A DNA stretch of 64,000 bases from Chloroflexota bacterium (GTDB lineage: Bacteria; Chloroflexota; Limnocylindria; Limnocylindrales; CSP1-4): NCBI GenBank assembly GCA_044506615.1, contig JBIQKJ010000010.1:68440-132439 (forward strand), read 5' to 3'. The position numbers and the translations under genes were made by a program. Below are positions 43,545-51,855 of the stretch, piece after piece; the first letter of the stretch is position 1, and every line of letters starts with the position of its first letter. The notes under the pieces are model-generated. The model saw only the letters and a list, made by a program, of their open reading frames with translations. It was not told the origin of the DNA and searched no databases.

Positions 43545-43718
43545 ATGTTCCGGCGCATCCGAGCGTTCCTGGACGCAGTTACCGCTGAAGCGCGTGGCCA
43601 AGGCCTCGCCGAGTATGCTCTCATCCTCGCGCTCATCGCGATTCTTGCCATCATCGCGCTGCTCTTCCTTGGCAGCCAGATCAGCGACCGGCTCAGCGAG
43701 GTCGGCCAGGCTCTGTAG
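43545..43718 (+). CDS. flp: Flp/Fap-type pilin 4
   Basis: GGAAGGAGG SD. ATG 43545 (GTG 43533 possible). MFRRIRAFLDAVTAEARG/QGLAEYALILALIAILAIIALLFLGSQISDRLSEVGQAL. Confidence 0.8.
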   Translation: MFRRIRAFLDAVTAEARGQGLAEYALILALIAILAIIALLFLGSQISDRLSEVGQAL

Positions 43719-43734
43719 TTCATCGTCAGATCTC

Positions 43735-43775
43735 GACGGCCCGCCAGCCCCTCGCTGGCGGGCCGTCTTATTGTT
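43735..43775 (+). terminator. Intrinsic terminator after flp4
   Basis: 14-bp perfect stem GACGGCCCGCCAGC / GCTGGCGGGCCGTC, 5-nt loop, then TTATTGTT. Confidence 0.7.
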
Positions 43776-43921
43776 CCGCGCACCTTGCTCGCGACCTTGC
43801 GCGACGCACGAAATCCTGCCGAATCCTCCCAATGGGTCCTAGCCCATTGGTATAGTCGCGCCGCGATTCGCCGGTGCTACAGTGGTGCCACCTGTCACAC
43901 CGTCTCGGGGAGTATCCAGCC

Positions 43922-44920
43922 TTGAAGCGCTCTAATCGTTTGGTCCTGCTCATCGGGGTGTTCCTCGCGGTTATCGCGTTCGTGGGCGTCCTGGTGCTGT
44001 CCCAGCCGGACACGGGCCCAGGCCCTGACACCCCTCCTACCGAAGCTACTGTGGTCATCGCACGCGAAGACATTCCTTTGGGGACGGTCATCGACCAAGG
44101 GATGGTCGAGAACCGCCAGCTGCCGATCAACGCAGCTGAAGCGGACGCTTACAACGACGTCTCACAGGTGATCGGTCAGGTGGCCCGACAGCAGGTTGTT
44201 GCCGGCGCTCAGATCACCGGACGCACGACGTCGGGGGGCACAAGCGGCGCGATCATCGATCTCGACGTCCCCGCCGGAATGCGCGCCATGACAATCCGGG
44301 TCGATCAGGTGACGGGCGTGGGTACGCTCATCAAGGCCGGCGACTACGTGGACATGGTCGTTCGAATGAAGATCCCACCCGCGCGCCTAGTCGAGATTGA
44401 TCCCGTGTGGGATACGACTTCGAAGCTGCTGATCCAAGGCGTGCAGGTACTCGGCGTCCAGCTGCCACCTCCCGCAGTCCCAGCCGAGGGCGGAGAAGGT
44501 GAGCCCCAGCAGCAAGGAACGGGCCTCGTTGAGCAGCAGGAGCTGGTCACGGTGGGCCTGACTCCCGCCCAGGTTGAGGTCGTGAAGTGGGTCCAGAACC
44601 TCGACGTCAATCCGGCCTGGTCCTCGGCCGACCCCTCCATTTCGCTAGTTCTCCGTGCTCCCGCCGACTTCATCGATGAGAACGGCGAGCCCCGGCTCCC
44701 TGAATCTCCGTGCACGGCACTGCCGCAGCCGACAGTCGCGCCCGAGCCAGGCGCAAGTCCGGCGCCCGAAGAGCCGCCTACGTACCGAGGTTGCGAGGTC
44801 ACCGACGGCGTCATCTTGAGCACACTCATTGACGAATACGGCGTTCTGTTCCCGGCTCTCGTGGACGGCGATATCGAGCCAGACGAGTCCCCGGAGGCCA
44901 CCGAGTCGCCGGCCCCGTAG
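43922..44920 (+). CDS. cpaB: CpaB/RcpC Flp pilus assembly protein with Pro/Glu-rich C-terminal extension
   Basis: TTG 43922 (GTG 43874 possible). N-terminal TM, SAF-like VVIAREDIPLGTVIDQGMV, RcpC-like central domain, C-terminal ~100 aa rich in P/E with two Cys. Confidence 0.75.
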   Translation: MKRSNRLVLLIGVFLAVIAFVGVLVLSQPDTGPGPDTPPTEATVVIAREDIPLGTVIDQGMVENRQLPINAAEADAYNDVSQVIGQVARQQVVAGAQITGRTTSGGTSGAIIDLDVPAGMRAMTIRVDQVTGVGTLIKAGDYVDMVVRMKIPPARLVEIDPVWDTTSKLLIQGVQVLGVQLPPPAVPAEGGEGEPQQQGTGLVEQQELVTVGLTPAQVEVVKWVQNLDVNPAWSSADPSISLVLRAPADFIDENGEPRLPESPCTALPQPTVAPEPGASPAPEEPPTYRGCEVTDGVILSTLIDEYGVLFPALVDGDIEPDESPEATESPAP

Positions 44921-44973
44921 GAAGACCACCGCAGTCGGTCGCGACGCGACCACCCCATGACGGGACCCAGGCC

Positions 44974-45010
44974 GACGGGCGCGGCGGAGCTCATCCGAAC
45001 CGCGCCCGTC
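44974..45010 (+). other. Strong RNA hairpin between cpaB and tadZ (11-bp perfect GC stem, 15-nt loop)
   Basis: GACGGGCGCGG (44974-44984) pairs with CCGCGCCCGTC (45000-45010). No U-tract follows. Confidence 0.4.
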
Positions 45011-45069
45011 CCGACTCCGGCCCCGGGACGACCATCGCCCATCCTTCGTAGCTGCAAAGACCAAGCCTG

Positions 45070-46317
45070 ATGGCAGACACGATCCGCGTACTCATCGTCG
45101 ACGACATCCCGGAGACCCGCGACCACCTGACGAAGCTGCTCGGCTTCGAGAGCGACATCGAGGTGGTCGGCTCGGCGGCGTCCGGGACGGAGGCGATCGA
45201 GCTCGCGGGAAAGCTCAACCCCGACGTCGTCCTGATGGACATCAACATGCCGGACATGGACGGCATCACCGCGACCGAGCGCCTCGCCACCGCGGCGCCG
45301 CTCAGCTCGGTGGTCATGATGTCCGTGCAGGGCGAGGCCGATTACCTGCGACGGTCCATGCTCGCGGGCGCGCGCGAGTTCCTGGTCAAGCCGTTCAGCT
45401 CCGACGAGCTCAACGCGTCGATCCGCCAGGTCTACGCCCGTGAGCGCGAGAAGCAGAGCCTGATCGCACCGGTCGTCGCGCCGCAGGCAGCCAACTCGGT
45501 GGCTCCCGGCCGCGAGCCCGGCACGGTGCTCGCGGTCTTCAGCCCGAAGGGCGGCGTCGGCCGGACGACCGTTGCGGTCAACCTCGCGATCGCTGCCGCG
45601 ACGGACCTCGGCAAGAAGGTCGTGCTCGTCGACGGATCGTTCCAGTTCGGCGACGTGGGCGTCCTGCTCAACCTGAATCCGAAGAACAAGTCGATCGCGG
45701 ACCTCCTGCCCGAGCTCGAAGCGGGCGAGCCCGAGTCGCTCGACACGTTCGTGATCACCCATTCGGCCGGCATCCGCGTGCTGCTCGCGCCGCCGACGCC
45801 CGAGACCGCCGAGCTGATCACGCCGGCCGCGATCCGGAAGGTGCTCGAGACGCTCCGGCGCGAGGCCGACGTCGTCATCGTGGACTGCAGCTCGTTCTTC
45901 AACGACACGACGCTGGCGATCCTCGACACGGCGGATACGATTCTCACGATGCTCAGCCTCGAGATCACGAGCATCAAGAACATGCGGCTCTTCCTCGAGG
46001 TGGCCGATCAGCTCGGCTACGAGAAGGGCAAGGTTCGACTCGTCCTGAACCGGGGCGACTCGGCGCTCGGCATCCGTGTGACCGACGTCGAGCAGTCGAT
46101 CGGCCGCAAGATCAACGACACGATCGTGAGCGACGGCCGCAGCGTCGTCTATGCCTTGAACCGCGGCGTCCCGTTCTACCTCAGCAACCGGGACGCGCAG
46201 GTCTCCCAGGACATCCTCCGATTGGCCAAGGCCGTGGTCGGCGAACGGACGCAGGTCGCGCCCGTCGAGGAATCGGCCAAGGCGTCCTCCAAGAAGTCGC
46301 TGTTCGCATGGCGATGA
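45070..46317 (+). CDS. CpaE/TadZ-type ParA/MinD-like ATPase with canonical N-terminal receiver domain
   Basis: REC domain: LIVDDIPE, VVLMDINMPDMDG, MMSVQGE, LVKPF. ATPase domain: FSPKGGVGRTTVAVNLA (deviant Walker A with Arg in place of Lys). Confidence 0.85.
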   Translation: MADTIRVLIVDDIPETRDHLTKLLGFESDIEVVGSAASGTEAIELAGKLNPDVVLMDINMPDMDGITATERLATAAPLSSVVMMSVQGEADYLRRSMLAGAREFLVKPFSSDELNASIRQVYAREREKQSLIAPVVAPQAANSVAPGREPGTVLAVFSPKGGVGRTTVAVNLAIAAATDLGKKVVLVDGSFQFGDVGVLLNLNPKNKSIADLLPELEAGEPESLDTFVITHSAGIRVLLAPPTPETAELITPAAIRKVLETLRREADVVIVDCSSFFNDTTLAILDTADTILTMLSLEITSIKNMRLFLEVADQLGYEKGKVRLVLNRGDSALGIRVTDVEQSIGRKINDTIVSDGRSVVYALNRGVPFYLSNRDAQVSQDILRLAKAVVGERTQVAPVEESAKASSKKSLFAWR

Positions 46318-46362
46318 GCGCGACCGTAGCGTGCCCGGCGGGGCGAGAAGGGGTGTGAATCA

Positions 46363-47775
46363 ATGTCTCTGCTGAAGCGGATCGAGAGTGCTCGACCGGG
46401 TGCAGGGTCGCCTGCTCCGGCCGCCCCCAGCGGCGGCCCGAACCTGCCGGTTCCGGCGGGTGGTCCTCCGGCCCCTCCTTCGGGCACCGGCCGGCTCATG
46501 ACCGCCGGTCCCCAGCGCGAGTCGTTCCGGGACGTCAAGTTCCGGATCCAGAACCGCGTCATCCAGGACCTCGACCCCAAGCTCGATCTGTCCAACCAGG
46601 TCGAGGTGCGCCGCCAGATCGAGGAGATCTTCGGTCGCGTCGTCGACGAGGAGGGCCTCGCCCTCACCCGTGCCGAGCGCGTCCGGATGCTCGAGCAGAT
46701 CACCGACGAGATCATCGGCCTCGGGCCGCTCGAGCCGCTCCTTCGCGACGAGTCGATCACCGAGGTCATGGTCAACGGCCCCCGCCAGGTCTACATCGAG
46801 CGCTCCGGCAAGCTCGAGCTGACCAACGTCGTCTTCCAGAACGACGACCACGTGATGCGCATCATCGACCGGATCATCGCCCCGATCGGTCGTCGCGTCG
46901 ACGAGTCGAGCCCGATGGTCGACGCGCGCCTCACCGACGGCTCCCGCGTCAACGCGATCATCCCGCCGCTGTCGTTGGTCGGGCCGGTCATCACGATCCG
47001 GAAGTTCTCGGCCTCGCCGTTCACGGTCGACGACCTCGTCCGCTTCGGCACCGCGACGCCCGACATGTTCGACTTCCTCCGCGCGTGCGTCGAGGCGCGG
47101 CTCAACATCTTCGTGTCCGGCGGCACCGGCTCGGGCAAGACGACCACGCTCAACGTGCTGTCGTCGTTCATCCCGAACGACGAGCGCATCGTGACGATCG
47201 AGGACGCGGCCGAGCTCCAGCTCCGCCAGGAGCACGTCGTGACGCTCGAGTCGCGCCCGCCGAACATCGAGGGCAAGGGCGCGATTCCGATCCGTGAGCT
47301 CGTGCGGAACGCCCTTCGCATGCGGCCCGACAGGATCATCGTCGGGGAGTGCCGTTCGGGTGAGGCGCTGGACATGCTCCAGGCGATGAACACCGGCCAC
47401 GACGGCTCGATGTCCACGGGTCACGCCAACAGCCCGCGCGACATGCTGTCGCGGCTCGAGACGATGGTCCTCATGGCCGGCGTCGATCTGCCGTTGCGCG
47501 CCATCCGCGAGCAGGTCGCCTCGGCGGTCGACCTGATCGTCCACCAGAGCCGCCTCAAGGACGGGACCCGCAAGATCACGAACATCACCGAGGTCCAGGG
47601 GATGGAAGGTGACGTGATCGTGATGCAGGACGTGTTCGTCTTCGAGCAGACCGGCGTGATCGAGGGCAAGATCCAGGGCCGCCTCAAGGCGACCGGCATC
47701 CGCCCGAAGTTCGTCGAGAAGTTCGAGATCATGGGCATCAACCTCCCGCCCGGCCTCTTCGGCTTCACCTACTAG
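46363..47775 (+). CDS. cpaF: CpaF/TadA pilus assembly secretion ATPase
   Basis: SITEVMVNGP, VSGGTGSGKTTTLN (Walker A), RIVTIEDAAEL, DRIIVGECRSGEALDMLQAMNTGHDGSMST. Confidence 0.95.
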   Translation: MSLLKRIESARPGAGSPAPAAPSGGPNLPVPAGGPPAPPSGTGRLMTAGPQRESFRDVKFRIQNRVIQDLDPKLDLSNQVEVRRQIEEIFGRVVDEEGLALTRAERVRMLEQITDEIIGLGPLEPLLRDESITEVMVNGPRQVYIERSGKLELTNVVFQNDDHVMRIIDRIIAPIGRRVDESSPMVDARLTDGSRVNAIIPPLSLVGPVITIRKFSASPFTVDDLVRFGTATPDMFDFLRACVEARLNIFVSGGTGSGKTTTLNVLSSFIPNDERIVTIEDAAELQLRQEHVVTLESRPPNIEGKGAIPIRELVRNALRMRPDRIIVGECRSGEALDMLQAMNTGHDGSMSTGHANSPRDMLSRLETMVLMAGVDLPLRAIREQVASAVDLIVHQSRLKDGTRKITNITEVQGMEGDVIVMQDVFVFEQTGVIEGKIQGRLKATGIRPKFVEKFEIMGINLPPGLFGFTY

Positions 47776-47796
47776 CACGGAAGGAGCAACCGGACC

Positions 47797-48810
47797 ATGG
47801 ATCCGATGACGCTCGCGGTCGCAGGAGCCGCTGCGCTTGCGGTCCTGTTCATCGCGGTCGGCATTGCGATGTCCGGTCGGTCGGGGATCACCGATCGGCT
47901 CGAGCGTTACGCCTCGACCGGCCGGCAGGGCCAAGCCAAGGCATCGACCGGGCAGGGACCGATCACCGACCTCATCGCGCAGAGCCAGGCGCTTGCCTCG
48001 CTCAACAAGGTCGTCGAGAACCGGGACTTCGGGGCCAACCTGGCCCGCGACATCGCGCGCGCCGACCTCAAGCTGAAGTCATCCGAGTTCCTAGCGATCT
48101 GGGGCGCCTCGATCGTCGGCGTCCCCGTCATCATGTGGATTCTCTCGTTCGTCCTGCCGACGCTCGGCACCCCGATCTTCCTGCTCATCGGCGCGCTGAT
48201 CGGGTTCATGCTCCCCCGAATGTGGCTCGGTCGTCGAAAGGGTTCGCGGCTCAACGCGTTCAACAAGCAGCTACCTGACACGATCACGCTGATCGCCAAC
48301 GCGCTGCGGGCCGGCTCGTCGTTCCTCCAGGCGATCGAGCTCGTCGTGCGCGAGTCGCGCCCGCCGATCTCGACCGAGTTCAGCCGGGTCATCCGCGAGG
48401 TCAACCTCGGTCTGCCGTTCGACCAGGCGCTCGAGAACATGGTCCGGCGCGTCCGATCCGACGACCTCGAGCTCATGGCGACCGCGATCACGATCCAGCA
48501 CCAGGTCGGCGGCAACCTCGCCGAGATCCTCGACTCGATCGCGTTCACGATCCGCGAGCGGATCCGGATCAAGGGCGAGATCAACACGCTGACCGCGCAG
48601 CAGCGGCTGTCGGGTTACGTCGTCGGCTTCCTGCCGATCGCGCTCGCCGGCTTCCTGTTCGTCGTCGCGCCGCAGTTCATGGAGCCGATGTTCGACAAGC
48701 CGCCCGACGCGTTCGGCTTGCCGCTGGGCATCGTCATCCTCGCGTTCGGCGGCTTCATGATGTTCGTCGGCTTCATGCTCATCCGCCGCATCGTCGACAT
48801 CGAGGTCTGA
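47797..48810 (+). CDS. tadB: TadB (type II secretion system F-domain platform protein)
   Basis: GGAAGGAG SD. N-terminal TM, QLPDTITLIANALRAGSSFLQAIE T2SSF pattern, C-terminal TM pair. Confidence 0.85.
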   Translation: MDPMTLAVAGAAALAVLFIAVGIAMSGRSGITDRLERYASTGRQGQAKASTGQGPITDLIAQSQALASLNKVVENRDFGANLARDIARADLKLKSSEFLAIWGASIVGVPVIMWILSFVLPTLGTPIFLLIGALIGFMLPRMWLGRRKGSRLNAFNKQLPDTITLIANALRAGSSFLQAIELVVRESRPPISTEFSRVIREVNLGLPFDQALENMVRRVRSDDLELMATAITIQHQVGGNLAEILDSIAFTIRERIRIKGEINTLTAQQRLSGYVVGFLPIALAGFLFVVAPQFMEPMFDKPPDAFGLPLGIVILAFGGFMMFVGFMLIRRIVDIEV

Positions 48811-48812
48811 CC

Positions 48813-49739
48813 ATGGAGCCCTTGTCGGTCATCATCGCGGCGGTTGCTGCGGGTGGCATCCTCCTCATCGTCCTCGGGCTGATCGGCAGCTCGCCGGTCG
48901 ACCCGGTCCAGGCGCGCCTGAGCCAGCTCGGCCAGATGCAGGCCAAGTCGCTCGAGGAGCTCGAGCTCCAGCAGCCGTTCCTCGAGCGGACGCTGCGCCC
49001 GTTCGTTGCCCGGATGTCGGGGACGGTCGAGCGAGTGACGTCCAGCTCGTTCACCGAGCGCACCGAGAAGCGGCTCGCACTCGCCGGAAATCCCGGCGAC
49101 CTGCGGGTCGCCGACTGGCTCGGCATCAAGGCCGTCGGCGCGATCGTGGGCGCGATCCTGTTCTTCCTGCTGTTCGGGCTGCTGAACATCCTCTCGATGC
49201 CCGTCCCGCTCAACTACCTGATGGTGCTGCTCGGGCTCTACATGGGCTACGCGCTTCCGGAGTTCTGGCTTGGCGGCAAGGTCAAGGCTCGCCAGAAGGC
49301 GATCCTGCTCATGGTGCCGGACACGCTCGACCTGCTGACGATCTCCGTCCGGGCCGGTCTCGGCTTCGACGCCGCGCTCGGCAAGGTCGTCGAGAAGCTC
49401 AAGGGTCCGCTGTCGGACGAGTTCAGGCGGGCGCTCGCCGAGGTCCGGGTCGGGAAGGCGCGCCGGGACGCGCTGCGCGACATCGTGCCGCGCACCGAGG
49501 TGCCGGCACTGACGAACTTCATCGGCGCGGTCATCCAGGCCGAACAGCTCGGTGTGTCGATCTCGAAGGTGCTCCAGGTCCAGTCGGAGCAGCTCCGGAT
49601 CGAGCGCCGACAGCGTGCGGAGGCCGAGGCGGCCCGGGCGCCGATCAAGATGCTGTTCCCGCTCGTCGGGTGCATCTTCCCGTCGCTGTTCATCGTCATC
49701 CTCGGACCGGCGATCATCCAGATCATGCAGGCGCTCTAG
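48813..49739 (+). CDS. tadC: TadC (type II secretion system F-domain platform protein)
   Basis: VPDTLDLLTISVRAGLGFDAAL T2SSF pattern, three TM segments. Starts 2 nt after tadB. Confidence 0.85.
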   Translation: MEPLSVIIAAVAAGGILLIVLGLIGSSPVDPVQARLSQLGQMQAKSLEELELQQPFLERTLRPFVARMSGTVERVTSSSFTERTEKRLALAGNPGDLRVADWLGIKAVGAIVGAILFFLLFGLLNILSMPVPLNYLMVLLGLYMGYALPEFWLGGKVKARQKAILLMVPDTLDLLTISVRAGLGFDAALGKVVEKLKGPLSDEFRRALAEVRVGKARRDALRDIVPRTEVPALTNFIGAVIQAEQLGVSISKVLQVQSEQLRIERRQRAEAEAARAPIKMLFPLVGCIFPSLFIVILGPAIIQIMQAL

Positions 49740-49778
49740 GCGGCTGCTGGATCCCCGGGGCGTCGGCGCCCTGCTCGG

Positions 49779-50141
49779 ATGATTGCCCGCAACGTCACCC
49801 GCGGGACCGTGCTCGCCTCGGACGTCGAGGTGGCCGCGAGCCTGTGGACCAAGTTCATGGGCCTGATGGGCCGTGCCTCGCTCGCGCAGGGGGCGGCCCT
49901 CTGGCTGCCCGACTCGAACGGCATCCACATGATGTTCATGCGGTTCCCCATCGACGCGGTGTTCGTCGGCGGTCCTGGCGCGGACGGGGCGCGGCGGGTG
50001 CTGTCCGTGCATCGGTCATTGCCCGCGTGGCGCGGGATCGTGCCGCTCGTACGGGGCGCCAAGGGCGTGCTGGAGCTGCCGGTCGGGGCGATCGACGCCT
50101 CCGCGACGTCGGTCGGTGACGAGGTGGTGCTCGAGGGCTGA
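49779..50141 (+). CDS. DUF192 domain protein
   Basis: FMGLMGR ... GAALWLPDSNGIHMMFMRFPIDAVFV ... VLELPVG matches my recollection of DUF192 (COG1430). Confidence 0.65.
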   Translation: MIARNVTRGTVLASDVEVAASLWTKFMGLMGRASLAQGAALWLPDSNGIHMMFMRFPIDAVFVGGPGADGARRVLSVHRSLPAWRGIVPLVRGAKGVLELPVGAIDASATSVGDEVVLEG

Positions 50142-50431
50142 GCGGAGGGCGCGGCCCCGGCGGGGCGGCCCTGGCGTCCCCCGGGCGCCCCCCGAGCGCC
50201 CTCCCGGCGCCCCGAGCGCTGTCCGGGGCCCCTTGGCCCCGTCACCTTCTCGGTTAGTCTCCTGGGTCCCACGTATGGCCCGTCTGGGCCGCTCAGCTTG
50301 CTGCGTAGTCCTGCCACGACTCGTACGGAAGCGGAACGGGCCGCGAGACCCGCGATCAGGCCCGAACAGCCGACCTGGACCCCGTTGTAGTCACCATACG
50401 ACTGCGGCGACAAGGAAACCGCGAAGGGGCT

Positions 50432-50439
50432 CGCGTACT
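50432..50439. repeat. Target-site duplication CGCGTACT (left copy)
   Basis: An identical 8-mer abuts the right IR at 51856-51863. Confidence 0.75.
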
Positions 50440-50475
50440 AGTGCTTATCCCCTTGCTTCAGCAGATGTGAGGCGG

Positions 50476-50481
50476 TAGCGT
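50476..50481 (+). promoter_or_regulatory. Candidate -10 box TAGCGT, 6 nt upstream of transposase ATG (leaderless)
   Basis: TAnnnT hexamer 50476-50481, ATG 50488, no SD. Confidence 0.35.
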
Positions 50482-50487
50482 CGGGTC

Positions 50488-51441
50488 ATGGTCCGACCCG
50501 GCTTTCCGAAGACGATCCGCGAGTTCCAGCTCGAGTTTGCCGACGAGGACGCGTGTGCGCGCTACCTGGCATCGTGCCGATGGCCGGACGGGTTCCGGTG
50601 TCCCAAGTGCGGTCACGACCGTGCCTACGTCCTCGCTGTGCTCCGCTGGCAGTGCGCCTCGCCCGACTGCCGCCACCAGACCTCGCTGACCGCGGGAACG
50701 GTCCTGCACGGGTCACGGACGCCGCTGACGACCTGGTTCTGGGCCGCCTACCTCATGGCGACGGACAAGCGGGGCGTGTCAGCCCTGCTCCTCCAGCGGC
50801 AGCTCGGCATGGGCTACAAGACGGCGTGGCTGCTGCTCCACAAGCTTCGCCGTGCGACAGTCGCCCTCGAGCGGACGAAGCTCCGCGGAGTCGTCGAGAT
50901 GGACGAGACCTGGGTCGGCGGGCTCCAGACCGGGCTCAAGGGCAGCCGGCAGCTCAAGGGGCGCAAGGCCGCGCTTGTCATCGTGGCGGTCGAGCGACGT
51001 GGGACCGCGACCGGCCGCGCCCGCATGGAGGTCATCCCCGACTTCACGCAGAAGACGATGACCGACTTCGCCCGGAGGAACATCGAGTCGGGGACGACGA
51101 TCATCACCGACAAGATGGTCGGGTTCGACGGGCTCCCGGCCGCCGGCTACGACCACCGGCCGAAGAAGCAGGGCAACATCCGCAAGGGCGCGGAGCACGT
51201 GGTGCCCCTCGCCGACCGTGCGATGGGCAACCTCAAGCAGTGGCTCCTGGGCACGTTCCACGGCGTCGGCCGGCCGCAGCTCCAGGCATACCTCGACGAG
51301 TTCGTCTTCCGGCACAACCGGCGGGGCAACCCGCAGGCCGCGTTCCAGACGCTGCTCGGGCTCGGGGCAAGTCGCGGGGCCTCGCCGCTGGCCGTGGTCC
51401 GCGGTGCGACCGACCTGCCGAACTACCCGGTGAGGGCCTGA
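50488..51441 (+). CDS. IS1595-family (ISXO2-like) DDE transposase with N-terminal zinc ribbon
   Basis: CRWPDGFRCPKCG...CASPDCRHQ zinc ribbon, VVEMDETWVGG, ITDKMVGF, LDEFVFRHNRR. Confidence 0.85.
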   Translation: MVRPGFPKTIREFQLEFADEDACARYLASCRWPDGFRCPKCGHDRAYVLAVLRWQCASPDCRHQTSLTAGTVLHGSRTPLTTWFWAAYLMATDKRGVSALLLQRQLGMGYKTAWLLLHKLRRATVALERTKLRGVVEMDETWVGGLQTGLKGSRQLKGRKAALVIVAVERRGTATGRARMEVIPDFTQKTMTDFARRNIESGTTIITDKMVGFDGLPAAGYDHRPKKQGNIRKGAEHVVPLADRAMGNLKQWLLGTFHGVGRPQLQAYLDEFVFRHNRRGNPQAAFQTLLGLGASRGASPLAVVRGATDLPNYPVRA

Positions 51442-51489
51442 CCCAGGTGAAGATCCGGCAGTCCCGCAAAGTCGAGCAACCGAGTCGCG

Positions 51490-51795
51490 GTGCCGTCTAG
51501 AATCGGGCGCGTGGAACTGTCGCCGCGCATCCTTGCGCGGATTGCCCGAGACTTCCCCGACAGCCGCGCGTCCGAGGTCGCCGACCTGCTAAGTGCGCTC
51601 GATCCGCCCCTACACCACTCGCCCGACGGCGACGAGCGGCTCTGCGGCGCGGTCCTGATCGTCGCCGGCGGCGACGTCGATCAGCTTCTGGAGGCGACTG
51701 CGCTCGCCGAGCTCGATTGGCGTGACCTGTTCGTTTCGGCCGGTCTCGAACACGACGACTGGCCGATGAAGCTCGCCAGGGCTCTCGCGGAGTAG
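51490..51795 (+). CDS. Hypothetical 101-aa protein carried inside the IS
   Basis: GTG 51490. Normal acidic/Leu-rich composition and G/C-rich third positions. Lies between the transposase gene and the right IR. Confidence 0.45.
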   Translation: MPSRIGRVELSPRILARIARDFPDSRASEVADLLSALDPPLHHSPDGDERLCGAVLIVAGGDVDQLLEATALAELDWRDLFVSAGLEHDDWPMKLARALAE

Positions 51796-51855
51796 CAGTT
51801 GCCCCGGCAGCCGGCTAGGGTGTTCGATGCCGGCTGAACGAAGGGGATAAGCACT

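Larger units (their letters stand above)
50440..51855 (+). mobile_element. IS1595-family insertion sequence, intact, with passenger ORF
   Basis: 15-bp perfect terminal inverted repeats AGTGCTTATCCCCTT (50440-50454) / AAGGGGATAAGCACT (51841-51855), 8-bp direct repeats outside, transposase inside. Confidence 0.8.

Noticed and set aside
46360-47934. 524-aa minus-strand ORF opposite cpaF
   Set aside because: It is antisense to the best-supported gene in the window (CpaF, with Walker A/B and Asp/His boxes) and has a typical shadow-ORF composition.
42509-50141. Search for a prepilin peptidase, secretin or TadE/F pseudopilins within or next to the tad locus
   Set aside because: No ORF has the expected polytopic aspartyl-protease pattern, a large beta-rich secretin, or an Flp-like leader plus larger globular domain. 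I report the absence as an observation rather than forcing a call on shadow ORFs.
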